IMG/VR virus record: IMGVR_UViG_3300045971_000149
Coordinates: 93,926 to 157,925 of that record
Origin: a virus
DNA length: 64,000 nucleotides
Reading direction: 5' to 3' (one strand)
In this document: in pieces, positions 52,980 to 62,953 of the stretch
Layout of the letters: each line of letters begins with the position of its first letter
Numbering within the stretch: the first letter of the stretch is position 1
The notes under the pieces: model-generated
Databases searched by the model: none
What the model was told of the DNA's origin: nothing
What the model saw: the letters and a program-made list of their open reading frames with translations, nothing else
Position numbers and translations under genes: made by a program

Positions 52980-53300
52980 GAAAACCAATTTAACATCACT
53001 AAAGAACAATACCTTACTATGCTTTCAACTTGGAGAGCAAAGAAGGCGCACGATGCAGCGGATCAAATCCTCTACAACATCTTGCGAACAAAGCCTGCAG
53101 ATAGGGGCTTTACTGCAAAGGGTAAAAACATACAAGGAAACGATCCTTGGTTCGCGTACCACAATGCGTTGTTCCTTGCTCGTAATCGCGTGAGAATTAC
53201 AAGTTCCGGACTGGAAGCACGTAAAGAAGCGTTTAAGAAAACTTTCGGATTCGATGCTCCCGACGATATCGCAGCAAAGTTAGAAGGAGCAAAGAAATGA
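52977..53300 (+). CDS. Hypothetical protein
   Basis: AGGAG RBS; ILYNILRTKP..RGF; ATGA-coupled to the Pth2-like gene. Confidence 0.75.
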   Translation: MENQFNITKEQYLTMLSTWRAKKAHDAADQILYNILRTKPADRGFTAKGKNIQGNDPWFAYHNALFLARNRVRITSSGLEARKEAFKKTFGFDAPDDIAAKLEGAKK

Positions 53301-53602
53301 ACCCGTACATGTATTTGTTCGTTCGAAGCGACTTGTCGGCACCGCAACAGATTGTTCAAACTGCACATGCTGTAGACGAGATAGGAATGCGTTACAAATC
53401 CGATGGTACTAATTACATGGTATTGTGTGGAGCAACTAACGAAGAACACCTGCTCACAATTGCAGAATGTTTGGACAAAAACGAGATCGATTACGAAATG
53501 TTCTTTGAGCCAGATATCGGTGCGCACACTGCGATTGCAACTCGCCCATTAAGAGGCACTGAGAGAGCACCGTTAAAGAAGTTTCGGCTAAAGACGGCTT
53601 GA
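53297..53602 (+). CDS. Peptidyl-tRNA hydrolase 2 (Pth2)-like protein
   Basis: YLFVRSDL...QIVQTAHA...VL...FFEPDI...TAIATRP matches the Pth2 pattern. Confidence 0.8.
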   Translation: MNPYMYLFVRSDLSAPQQIVQTAHAVDEIGMRYKSDGTNYMVLCGATNEEHLLTIAECLDKNEIDYEMFFEPDIGAHTAIATRPLRGTERAPLKKFRLKTA

Positions 53603-53627
53603 CAAAAGGTAAAACCTGTGTTATACT
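53599..53627 (+). promoter_or_regulatory. Sigma70-type promoter
   Basis: TTGACA-N17-TATACT. Confidence 0.8.
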
Positions 53628-53655
53628 GTAATTATAGTAATAACACAGGTGTCTA

Positions 53656-54087
53656 ATGGAATACGCAATTGAAGCAAGTAATAAGAAAATTGACAAACTG
53701 TTTGAAGCAATTATGCCGTCCATAGTTGACCAACTCGGACTTACTAATAGCAGAAAAGCAGTTCTAATCAAAGTTACTCCGGACACTCCCGAAGGGTTTA
53801 TAGGTGCAACTTATGATCTTAAATTTGCAGATTGCATGCTTGTGCTCATTACTCCTCCAAAGCGAGTTACAGAATCATCATTGTTAGATATCGCACTAAC
53901 TCTTGCACACGAAATGGTCCATGTAAGACAACTTTCCAAAGGTATTATGCAGATGTTACCCAATAATGCTCGCATATGGAAGGGTAAGAAGTACACTAAA
54001 AAAACAAAGTATTTGGATCAGCCTTGGGAATTGGATGCATTTGCCAGACAAGAAATTATTTTGCGAAGGGCTATCGAACTCTATTGA
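53656..54087 (+). CDS. Zinc metallopeptidase-like protein (HExxH)
   Basis: LAHEMVHVRQ...PWELDA. Confidence 0.75.
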   Translation: MEYAIEASNKKIDKLFEAIMPSIVDQLGLTNSRKAVLIKVTPDTPEGFIGATYDLKFADCMLVLITPPKRVTESSLLDIALTLAHEMVHVRQLSKGIMQMLPNNARIWKGKKYTKKTKYLDQPWELDAFARQEIILRRAIELY

Positions 54088-54112
54088 CAGCGGGTAATAA
54101 ACCTGCTATAAT
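54084..54112 (+). promoter_or_regulatory. Sigma70-type promoter
   Basis: TTGACA-N17-TATAAT. Confidence 0.85.
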
Positions 54113-54168
54113 AAATACATGCAGCAAAGAGATAGACTCGATGCACATACTTTACATAGGATTTATGT

Positions 54169-55194
54169 ATGACTAAGAAATATGATACCCTCGTCCTAAT
54201 CGGACGCTTTCAACCATTCCACTCGGCACACTTACTGCTGGTTCAACGTGCTACTGCACTTGCCAAAAATGTTGTGTTTATTGTGGGCTCAGCAAATCAA
54301 CCGCGTACTTATAAGAATCCATTTTCTTTCGCAGAGCGAAAGGTTATGATCTACGAAGCAACCCGCGGAATGGCAGGAACACTTTCGTTTCACACCGAGC
54401 CAAACCCTGATAGTCTGTATAACGATCAAGCATGGGCCGTTCGTGTTCAAGCAGCAGTCGCAAAGCATACTAAGCCTGGCGACAAGATTGGCATTATCGG
54501 ACACAAGAAAGACCCTTCAAGTTTCTACTTAGATATGTTTCCGCAATGGGAATTTGAATCAGTAGAACTATTAGAACCGCTCGATGCAACTGACATTCGA
54601 GACTTGTATTTCAGGTGTGATGTGAATATGAACTTCATTAAGAATGTTGTTCCACCGTCCACATTCGATATACTGAATTACTTTAAGGACACAAAGGACT
54701 ACGAGCAGATCATCAAGGAACGTGCATTTATTGCACATTACAAAAAGCAATACGAGTCGCTGCCCTACCCGCCAATCTTTAGCACTGCCGATGCTGTGGT
54801 TATCCAAAGCGGTCACGTACTGATGGTGAAGCGTCGTGCAGAACCCGGTAAAGGACTATGGGCATTGCCCGGGGGCTATGTGAATGCAAATACTGACCGC
54901 ACTGTTGAAGATGCTATGCTGCGTGAGCTGCGTGAAGAAACGATGATTAAGGTTCCTGCTCCGGTCCTCCGTGGCAGCATTGTACGAAGTAAGGTTTTTG
55001 ATGCAATTGACCGTAGCCCACGAGGACGGATCATTACACATGCATTCTTTATCAAATTGTCCGACGGTGAACTGCCAAAGGTTAAAGGTGCCGATGATGC
55101 TGAAAAGGCAAAGTGGGTTCCTATTGCAAGTGTAAAGAGCGAAGAATGCTTCGAAGACCACTACGAAATTCTACAACACTTTTTAGGAGCGTAA
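54169..55194 (+). CDS. nadM: Bifunctional NMN adenylyltransferase / Nudix ADP-ribose hydrolase
   Basis: IGRFQPFHSAH, KNPFSFAER and Nudix box GGYV...RELREET. Confidence 0.93.
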   Translation: MTKKYDTLVLIGRFQPFHSAHLLLVQRATALAKNVVFIVGSANQPRTYKNPFSFAERKVMIYEATRGMAGTLSFHTEPNPDSLYNDQAWAVRVQAAVAKHTKPGDKIGIIGHKKDPSSFYLDMFPQWEFESVELLEPLDATDIRDLYFRCDVNMNFIKNVVPPSTFDILNYFKDTKDYEQIIKERAFIAHYKKQYESLPYPPIFSTADAVVIQSGHVLMVKRRAEPGKGLWALPGGYVNANTDRTVEDAMLRELREETMIKVPAPVLRGSIVRSKVFDAIDRSPRGRIITHAFFIKLSDGELPKVKGADDAEKAKWVPIASVKSEECFEDHYEILQHFLGA

Positions 55195-55603
55195 TATGAT
55201 TGCACAAGGATACGAACAATACTCAAAGTATGTTGAAGATCGCAAACAGAATGAGCACATTGCCGAAGACCTAACACGGCTCCGCGATGAGTTGGTTGCG
55301 ACAGCATTTAACGACAAGGGTGCACTGATTGACCCAACGTTAGCTGTGGTTGTTTACAAAATTAATAGTTGCTTATTTAGGGGTTATCCCCGGAGGACAG
55401 AATAATGGTACGCATTGTAAAAATTGAACCTCACCCAACTGTGGTGAAAGAAGTCGTGTGTAAGGGTTGTGGTGCAACGTTGGAATATGTTCCAAACGAA
55501 GTGCAAACCCGGACATGGATGGATTACGGTGGCGACAACAATGTCGTGAAGTATATTTCTTGCCCAAATTGTGGTAACGAAGTAATAACAAAGGAGTATT
55601 AAA

Positions 55604-56221
55604 ATGGAATGGTTTACATGGACACCTTTAGAACTTGCGGCAAACGTAATGACCGCAGTTTGTATTTTTCTGGCAGGGCGCAATAACGTACATACTTGGT
55701 GGACGGGTATTGTTGCATGTGGATTGTTTGGCTGGTTGTTCTATACATCACAACTGTATGCTGATGTAACGCTGCAAGTGTTCTTCATTGCTACTAGTTT
55801 CATTGGATGGTGGAATTGGGCGAACAAAAATATCCCAATGGATGTGTCCACAGCCGGCGATGGTTCGGAACTACAGGATAAAATAGAATCAATGAAGGTA
55901 GCATATGCCGGATGGTCTACCGTAGTTACTATGGCAGGAATTGCTATTGTAGTTGCTGCTGGATACGGCTGGATGCTACACAAATACACTAATGCGTATG
56001 CGCCGTGGATTGACTCAACTGTACTCACATTCAGTGTTATTGCTCAACTGTTGCTAATGCGTCGTAATGTAGAAAATTGGCCACTGTGGGTGCTAGTGAA
56101 CACATTAAGTGTACCGCTGTACTGGAGCCGAGGACTGTATATGACATCTGCACTGTACGCAGTGTTTTGGGTAAACGCATTGTGGTCGTGGAAGACTTGG
56201 GTTAATTTGGCAAAGAAGTAA
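55604..56221 (+). CDS. pnuC: Nicotinamide riboside transporter PnuC
   Basis: Multi-TM; LYAD..LQ, GWWNW, DS...SVIAQLL...ENW..W. Confidence 0.9.
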   Translation: MEWFTWTPLELAANVMTAVCIFLAGRNNVHTWWTGIVACGLFGWLFYTSQLYADVTLQVFFIATSFIGWWNWANKNIPMDVSTAGDGSELQDKIESMKVAYAGWSTVVTMAGIAIVVAAGYGWMLHKYTNAYAPWIDSTVLTFSVIAQLLLMRRNVENWPLWVLVNTLSVPLYWSRGLYMTSALYAVFWVNALWSWKTWVNLAKK

Positions 56222-56222
56222 A

Positions 56223-56251
56223 TTGACTAGACCGGTAAAACCTGCTATAAT
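56223..56251 (+). promoter_or_regulatory. Sigma70-type promoter
   Basis: TTGACT-N17-TATAAT. Confidence 0.8.
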
Positions 56252-57012
56252 TAATACATAGAAATTAACATAGCAGGTTTTATGACGCCAAAAGACAAAT
56301 TAGCAGTTGAATTTTTTATAAAGGTTGTTATTGCATTTTGGGCGGTTAGTACACTTGCACAATGGTTTGGAGAACATGTATTATGAACGAACGAATTAGA
56401 GCAATTGCTATACAATGTCATCATAGGTATTCAGAACACCAAATTGACTTAGAAAAGTTTGCTGAGTTGATTGTGCGCGAATGTGCATGGTTTATGGAAA
56501 CAAATACGAAAGTTAACGATGATGGCGCAGTAGTTGATGCACCTGAAGCGTGGGAAATGCTAAATCACTTCGGAGTTGAATAAAATGGAACTATATCTAA
56601 CTATAAGTGCAGTATGTTTGGTAGTAATGATAGCATGTACTTGGTTTGCAAAAGAAGACTTAACTATCACGGCGCTGGGACTATATGTATTTTCATCTAT
56701 CATTCCGTTAGTAAATCTTTTTGCGGCTGCGTTTATGATCATTTGTATTGTAAGTGACAACCGGAAAGCGTTCGACATTACTATCCTAAAAGGTAGAAAA
56801 TGATAGAATTATTTAAAGAGCTTGCATTCAAAGCACTAAAGAATCCTCATAACCCCTTTCCAGAAACTGGAAATGTGGGAGACATTCATTGCTTCGATGA
56901 CGAAGAATTAGTAACATTCGCAAACTCAATCATAGATTTTTGCGCAACACACTTAATGGCAAGATCACATCCTCTGTCGGCAAATGAGATAAGAAATTTA
57001 AAAGTGAAGTAA

Positions 57013-58002
57013 ATGAGATACGCAACTGGATTAGTAGTAGGTAAGTTCTGTCCACTACACCTCGGACACGAAAAGGTAATTCGTACCGCACTGTCCAATT
57101 GCGAAAAAGTTATCATCCTTTCCTACACTTCTAAAAACTTCACCGGTTGCGAACCTGAAAGGCGCAAGGAGTGGTTGACAAAGACATTCCCAACTGCAAC
57201 GGTTGTTGTGCTAAATCCACGCGAAGTACCGGATGATGATATGCCCGATGATATGCATCGCTTATTCTGTGCAAACTACTTGCTAAACAAGATGAACACC
57301 ACTGTTCAAGCAGTGTTTACAAGCGAAGATTACGGCGATGGATTTGCAGCATATCTTTCGAAATTTTTCAGCTTAGAGTTGAGAACTGATATTAAAGTAG
57401 ATCACATTCTTGTAGATAAGGAAAGAGCACAGTTTCCGATCTCTGGCACTGTATTACGAAACAAGATAGATCCCAAATGGTTGAATCACTATGTAGCACG
57501 AGACTTCATTCCGCGCATTGCGTTCCTTGGTGGTGAATCAAGTGGCAAGACTACTCTAGCTAGAGAACTGGCACTGTTTACCGGAATGAATTGGGTACCC
57601 GAATATGGACGTCAACTGTACGACGAACGTAAAGGCAAGTTGAATTACGAAGATATGGAACTGATCGCGAGAACACAAATCGACGACGAGCGTAAGCACA
57701 GCATTGGCAAATATCTAATTTGCGACACAACTCCACTTACTACTCTATTCTACAGTGAACAACTGTTTGGACGAGCATCAGCTGCACTACATCGGATGGC
57801 GGATCGCGAATATCACAAGATTTATCTGTGTGATCCAAATATTGATTTTGAGCAAGATGGTACACGCAAAGATTCTACATTTAGAATGATAGGACACAAT
57901 TGGTATGTTAATCGATTGACAACTGATAATATTCCTTATAAAATTGTATCAGGGACTCTCGATGAACGTATAAACTTCGTGATGAAGGATTTAGGACTAT
58001 AA
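57013..58002 (+). CDS. nadR: NadR-type NMN adenylyltransferase / ribosylnicotinamide kinase (no HTH)
   Basis: GKFCPLHLGH, ISGT, GGESSGKTT, EYGR and QDGTR. Confidence 0.9.
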   Translation: MRYATGLVVGKFCPLHLGHEKVIRTALSNCEKVIILSYTSKNFTGCEPERRKEWLTKTFPTATVVVLNPREVPDDDMPDDMHRLFCANYLLNKMNTTVQAVFTSEDYGDGFAAYLSKFFSLELRTDIKVDHILVDKERAQFPISGTVLRNKIDPKWLNHYVARDFIPRIAFLGGESSGKTTLARELALFTGMNWVPEYGRQLYDERKGKLNYEDMELIARTQIDDERKHSIGKYLICDTTPLTTLFYSEQLFGRASAALHRMADREYHKIYLCDPNIDFEQDGTRKDSTFRMIGHNWYVNRLTTDNIPYKIVSGTLDERINFVMKDLGL

Positions 58003-58514
58003 TGGAATTACTCAACACAACCAAATTGACCTACAAAGTAGGTCGTAAAACAAAAGGCCTACGGGCAAAACCGATGGTAACCCTGTTGGTCGATCGCACT
58101 GTAATGGCAAAGTTCCTTGTGGATACACTTGAGGCTAAAGAGCCAGTACATGCAGATGCAATGTTTTGTATCGGTGAAAGCAATGATGCCTGGCAGCAAT
58201 CAGCAAAGAAGTTGCTTGCCAAATATACAGTGGATGCAATTGATCCGGATGGTTGGATGGTGTGTAATCCCAAGCAAGAAAGTAGCGTTGAGTTTTCGCA
58301 AATTACAACTGATGCACTTGATCAAATAAATTGGACAGGTGAGACTAATAGCGGATACATTCAAGGCAATTGGGGTGAAACGGTAGTAGGGTTCGGTTGT
58401 AATCTACAACGATTTAAACCCGGCGACTTTGTGGTACGCAATCGCGAAGACCACAGCGACACTTGGATTGTTGATAAGAAGATCTTTTTGAACAGTTATA
58501 CTGAGATTGTATGA
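58002..58514 (+). CDS. Hypothetical protein (PGDYG-like motif)
   Basis: KPGDFVV...WIVDKKIF..SY. Confidence 0.6.
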   Translation: MELLNTTKLTYKVGRKTKGLRAKPMVTLLVDRTVMAKFLVDTLEAKEPVHADAMFCIGESNDAWQQSAKKLLAKYTVDAIDPDGWMVCNPKQESSVEFSQITTDALDQINWTGETNSGYIQGNWGETVVGFGCNLQRFKPGDFVVRNREDHSDTWIVDKKIFLNSYTEIV

Positions 58515-58768
58515 ACCGAGAACTATTGACAAAATTGTATGAAGAGGCGGTTGACTATTGCATCGCCCAGGACCCAAACCCCGACGGTACGAATAAGGCA
58601 TGGATTTGGGAAGAAAGATTTGCGGAACTTCTCATCAAAGAATGCCAAATAGCGTTGTTGACAGAAGAGTGTAACACAAGTGATTTGGCAATGGAAGAAT
58701 ACACTCGAAGTGTTAAGAAGATTAACGATTACTTCGAAAATAAACGAGCAAATTAAGATGTACATAAG

Positions 58769-58797
58769 TTGACAAAACCTGCAACTTATGTTATAAT
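58769..58797 (+). promoter_or_regulatory. Sigma70-type promoter
   Basis: TTGACA-N17-TATAAT. Confidence 0.85.
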
Positions 58798-58856
58798 TAT
58801 TATGTAGTGAACACACTACTTTTAACAACTGTATTTAATTTTAAGGACACACAGAC

Positions 58857-59276
58857 ATGAAACGTATTTTGATCGCATCCGCAGTTATCGCAGCAACTAT
58901 GCTCGCAGCATGTAATGATGCTAAACAAGAAGTATCTTTTGCATCGCTCGAAGAAGCAAAAGGCACCGCCCGTGAAAACGCAATGTTCAACGCACAAATG
59001 TATCGCCAAAGCAATATTTTGTACAAAGGATGGGATTTGATCGGCCGTGGTGATTCTACCCAATCAAATGCATGCCCCCAAGGCGATGGTTGGGCAACAA
59101 TGGAATTCGTAAATCCGGAAAAGACAAAGATTGTTAAGGCTAAGTGCTCTACGGTTTCTGGTAACACTGGTTGCCTGGAAGATGCAGACTTTAAAACCAA
59201 ACCGTTTGCTGCCGAAGATGGTGTTTGCGCACCGTTGAATCGTGTTCCTTACCCGCTGCCTAAGATCGCAAAATGA
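58857..59276 (+). CDS. Lipoprotein
   Basis: LAAC lipobox and four further Cys. Confidence 0.75.
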   Translation: MKRILIASAVIAATMLAACNDAKQEVSFASLEEAKGTARENAMFNAQMYRQSNILYKGWDLIGRGDSTQSNACPQGDGWATMEFVNPEKTKIVKAKCSTVSGNTGCLEDADFKTKPFAAEDGVCAPLNRVPYPLPKIAK

Positions 59277-59636
59277 TCATAGTGGAGGCACTAATACTCA
59301 TTGGACTATTATGTGTCCTTTGGGTAGTAGGTACAGCATGTTTTAAACTTGGCAAACGTTTTCCAAAAAAGGAAAAGTAAAGTTTATCATTAACAGTGGG
59401 TAGTTACCGAGGGGTAGCTGCCCGAATTGATTGAAAATAATGCATAAAACAAATTATCGTCCAACACGAAGCCAGCAGATTGCGTTGGCACAAATGATTC
59501 GTGACAAATATACTGATAACGAAGTAATTGTACATCATGTGCTTGAGGATTCGTTTACAAGGCTGTATGTTCAAGTTGAGGAACGGTGGCATCGCTATCA
59601 GCAACTATCAAAAGTTTATTTTAAACGATACGAGCT

Positions 59637-59939
59637 ATGACTACAATTGAAAAAGGTATTTGTCCTTGCTGTCACGGTTCGGGACGGGTTCCGGTACCCG
59701 AAGAACAGCAACGATATAAAACGGTATCATCGAGTTACGATGCAGCAACTGATACATTTGGTTGCTCTAACTGCGGTGGACAATATATGTTTGGTAGGTC
59801 AACCGGTCTTGTAAGATTGCGTACAGATAACGGTGATCCGTGCAAACATTCCTACGAAAGTAAGAACTTAGGCCGTTGCTATACAGGGTATACCTGCAAG
59901 CATTGCGGAGATTATTATACTATTGACTCATCAGATTAA
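59637..59939 (+). CDS. Zinc-finger hypothetical protein
   Basis: CPCCHGSG, CSNCGG and CKHCG. Confidence 0.7.
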   Translation: MTTIEKGICPCCHGSGRVPVPEEQQRYKTVSSSYDAATDTFGCSNCGGQYMFGRSTGLVRLRTDNGDPCKHSYESKNLGRCYTGYTCKHCGDYYTIDSSD

Positions 59940-59940
59940 A

Positions 59941-60330
59941 ATGTCTATCCCAGCTGATCACAAACAAGCTATCATCCAAGATGGAATACACTTTATGCGT
60001 TCCATTACAGAATGCTACGGCCCCGATGATGGCATGAAACTATGGGATCAGATTGCAAGTGTGTTAGATCCATCTGTAAAGGGTGAGATCTTCTTTGCAA
60101 TGTTAACAGGGCAACATGCTGATCGACTAAACATTAGTTGTGAATCTAATGTAACGAATCGAGTTGCACAGATTAAGGCAATTCGTGTAGCAACTGGATT
60201 AGGGCTAAAAGAAGCAAAAGATATTTCAGACGAAATGGTAACTGGCAAGACAAAGGTAATCACATTGCAAAAACCAGCAAACCGTGCAAACACAATTCGC
60301 GAGTTCCGCGACGTAGGGATTAGAGTATGA
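59941..60330 (+). CDS. Protein with ribosomal L7/L12 C-terminal-like motif
   Basis: QIKAIRVATGLGLKEAKD. Confidence 0.7.
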   Translation: MSIPADHKQAIIQDGIHFMRSITECYGPDDGMKLWDQIASVLDPSVKGEIFFAMLTGQHADRLNISCESNVTNRVAQIKAIRVATGLGLKEAKDISDEMVTGKTKVITLQKPANRANTIREFRDVGIRV

Positions 60331-60947
60331 CACCACTATTTAAAGATACTAGCACAATTAGCGAGGTTATGTCGAACAGCGAAAAGCTAAAGCTAGCAGC
60401 AAAAATGGGAATTAGTTTCCCACATTTTACAAATACAGATAACCCGATTGATTTTCCTATGACTACTTCAAAATTGAAACATGTAAAAGGCAACTTGCTC
60501 GACCTTGCGGAGGCAGGTGAGTTTGATGTTGTAGTACAAGGTTGCAACTGTTTTAACAAAATGGGCGGTGGCATTGCTCGAGAGATTCGTGAACGCTATC
60601 CTGAAGTTGCGGCAGTTGATAGTATGACAGACCGCGGCGATTACAATAAGCTAGGGGACTGGACTTCTGAAATCGTTATACGCAATAATGGCACAACAAA
60701 ATTTGAGATTGTAAATGCCTACACACAATACAACATGAGTACAGGCGAAGATGTGTTTGAATACACGGCGTTTGCACTTATCCTGCAAAAACTTGCTCGC
60801 AGGTATCCCAAAGGTAAATTTGGCTTCCCCTACATTGGTATGGGACTTGCAAAAGGTGACAAAGATGTTATTATGACATTGCTAGATGCGTTTGCAGAAG
60901 CAGTCAACGCTACTGGTGGAACCGTTACTTTAGTGGAGTTTGCATGA
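60327..60947 (+). CDS. Macro-domain (ADP-ribose binding/hydrolase) protein
   Basis: GNLL...QGCNC...MGGGIA...NAYTQ...PYIGMGLAKG; the true start may be 60459. Confidence 0.85.
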   Translation: MTPLFKDTSTISEVMSNSEKLKLAAKMGISFPHFTNTDNPIDFPMTTSKLKHVKGNLLDLAEAGEFDVVVQGCNCFNKMGGGIAREIRERYPEVAAVDSMTDRGDYNKLGDWTSEIVIRNNGTTKFEIVNAYTQYNMSTGEDVFEYTAFALILQKLARRYPKGKFGFPYIGMGLAKGDKDVIMTLLDAFAEAVNATGGTVTLVEFA

Positions 60948-61345
60948 AAATCGGAATAACAGGAACACGTTCGGGGATGACCGAACATCAAAAACAAGTT
61001 ATTGCCCGCTTCCTACAAAACAGTTGGGTCGAAGGCGCAGAGTTCCATCACGGTGATTGCGTGGGGGTAGATGTCGAAGCTGCAGATATTGCAAAGATGA
61101 TGCGGTATAAAATCGTAAGTCATCCCCCGGCAAAGAACGATTTACGGGCATTTCATAAATCAGACGAGTTCCGCAAGCCCGGAACATACTTTGCACGTAA
61201 TCGTACGCTAGTAGATGAGGCAGATGTTGTTTTAGTTGTGCCCTTTCAAATGTCACATCAGCCAACTGGCGGTACTTGGTATACACATGATTATGCTGTG
61301 AAAAAGGATAAACCAGTCCACATTATCTATCCGGAGTCAACATGA
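60944..61345 (+). CDS. SLOG/DprA-like nucleotide-binding protein
   Basis: IGITGTR, HGDCVGVD, RN..LV and GGTWYT. Confidence 0.7.
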   Translation: MKIGITGTRSGMTEHQKQVIARFLQNSWVEGAEFHHGDCVGVDVEAADIAKMMRYKIVSHPPAKNDLRAFHKSDEFRKPGTYFARNRTLVDEADVVLVVPFQMSHQPTGGTWYTHDYAVKKDKPVHIIYPEST

Positions 61346-61924
61346 GATTAATGCTCGGAACTGAGGGCGAGCCAAGTCTGTTAGTAACCGTACTACATGA
61401 ATACGAGCCCTCGTACTTCAAATTCTATGTTGTAAACGGATCATGGGAAGGAGTATTTACTGACGGGCATGTAACAGTGCATATGCCTCACGGAGGAGAC
61501 TATTCTGATTTAGGTACCACGGAAATCCTCTGCTCTAATCAAGATAGACTGCGCGGTGACTACAACACAGTGTTTTACAACTTTGACAATCCGGACTATG
61601 TTGCGCCCAAAGCAGAAGAAGTTTTCTTTGCAGATATGGACGACGACATTCCGTTTTAATTATGGATGTAATCGTTAAATGTGGCAATGGTGGTGATTGG
61701 GAATGGGCAAACGATCAGCACTATTGGAAACTTTGGATAACACAAAATATGCCGGGTATTGCGTTTAAAACAGGCTGTTCAGAAGAATGTAAGGCAGACG
61801 ATTTATGCGTAACGTTTGAGAAACCGGCCGACGCAACCTTTTTTAGTCTAAAACGCCCGATTTATATAAGATACGAAGATATAAGATGATAAATAAACAG
61901 TAAGGAGATAGACTCCAAACTATA

Positions 61925-62857
61925 TTATTTTAAGGAATTTAAAATGTCAACTATATTATCATCATACCGTATCCTGAGCAATCTATAATTATTATTTTTT
62001 GCGTATTCAGTTTTAAGATTATCTCGAATTTGTGTAAGTAATAATTGATCTTCTCCTGATATTAATTTTGAAAAAGATATCGGATTGTAATGATACTCAC
62101 CATCAAATTCTACAAGCAATCTTAAATGTGGAATATAAAAATCATATTTTAAACGACCATTTTTAGATTTATAATATAAATCCGGAAATGTTTTTTGAAA
62201 TTCAAAATTTATATTATGCTCAGTCAACCAATTATGAATCTTAACTTCTCCTTTAGAAGGATTAGAGTTAAAACACGACAAACAGCCGACTCCGTTGCTC
62301 CAGTGATTAACAGGAGTAACGCTAAAATCGCCATGAGTAGGACAAGTTATGCTAACTTTCTTATGGGCACTTTCGTAAACTACATTATCGTAAGTGTATC
62401 TATTATTATGAGTTTTATTGGCTTTTTCTACAAAGGCAGTTTTGCCGAGTTGAGTTTTACTTGTAGCAAGATTTTTACCGCACTGTGGGCATCCAGATTT
62501 ATTAGTTATATGCGCTCTACAAAGTTGTTGAAACATTCCATGAATAGGACATATGATTGTTAATCTCTTATCAGTTAAGTTAACAAGAGAATAATCATAT
62601 TTGTTATTATGAATTGTACGACCTTCTTTGATAAAATTGTCCAATTGTTCTGTTTCGGAAAAACCTCTTCCGCTACATTTTGGACAACCGCATCCGTTAA
62701 GATGGTTGTTTGGTGTAACCAAAAAATCGCCGTGTGTTTTACACCCTACGATTACTTTGGTTTTAGCAGTTTGGTAGATAACTTTTGAATAATCAAATTT
62801 ATCACCGTGAATTTTTTGGAATTTGATTAAAATAGGTTGACTTGTTGTATGATTCAT
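61925..62857 (-). mobile_element. Free-standing homing-endonuclease-like gene (three CxxHG...CxxC repeats plus Vsr/PD-(D/E)xK nuclease domain)
   Basis: Repeated H..K/RY/FDY...C..HG.F...H....CP.C units; YDFY...VEFDGEYH; antisense to its neighbours. Confidence 0.8.
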
Positions 62858-62953
62858 TGTATAATTAGTTTATGTAACAACAGTATTTATATCAAGTTAC
62901 AGAAAAAGTCCTAGAGATAGACTCCGGGCATTTAACTTTAAAGGAACTTTAAA

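Noticed and set aside
52915-53193. 92-aa ORF from the track
   Set aside because: Out-of-frame shadow of 52977..53300 with no RBS; it overlaps the structured leader.
58802-58810. Another ATG-TAG after a promoter
   Set aside because: TGA follows immediately, the ATG is probably at or upstream of the transcription start, and I saw no associated structure.
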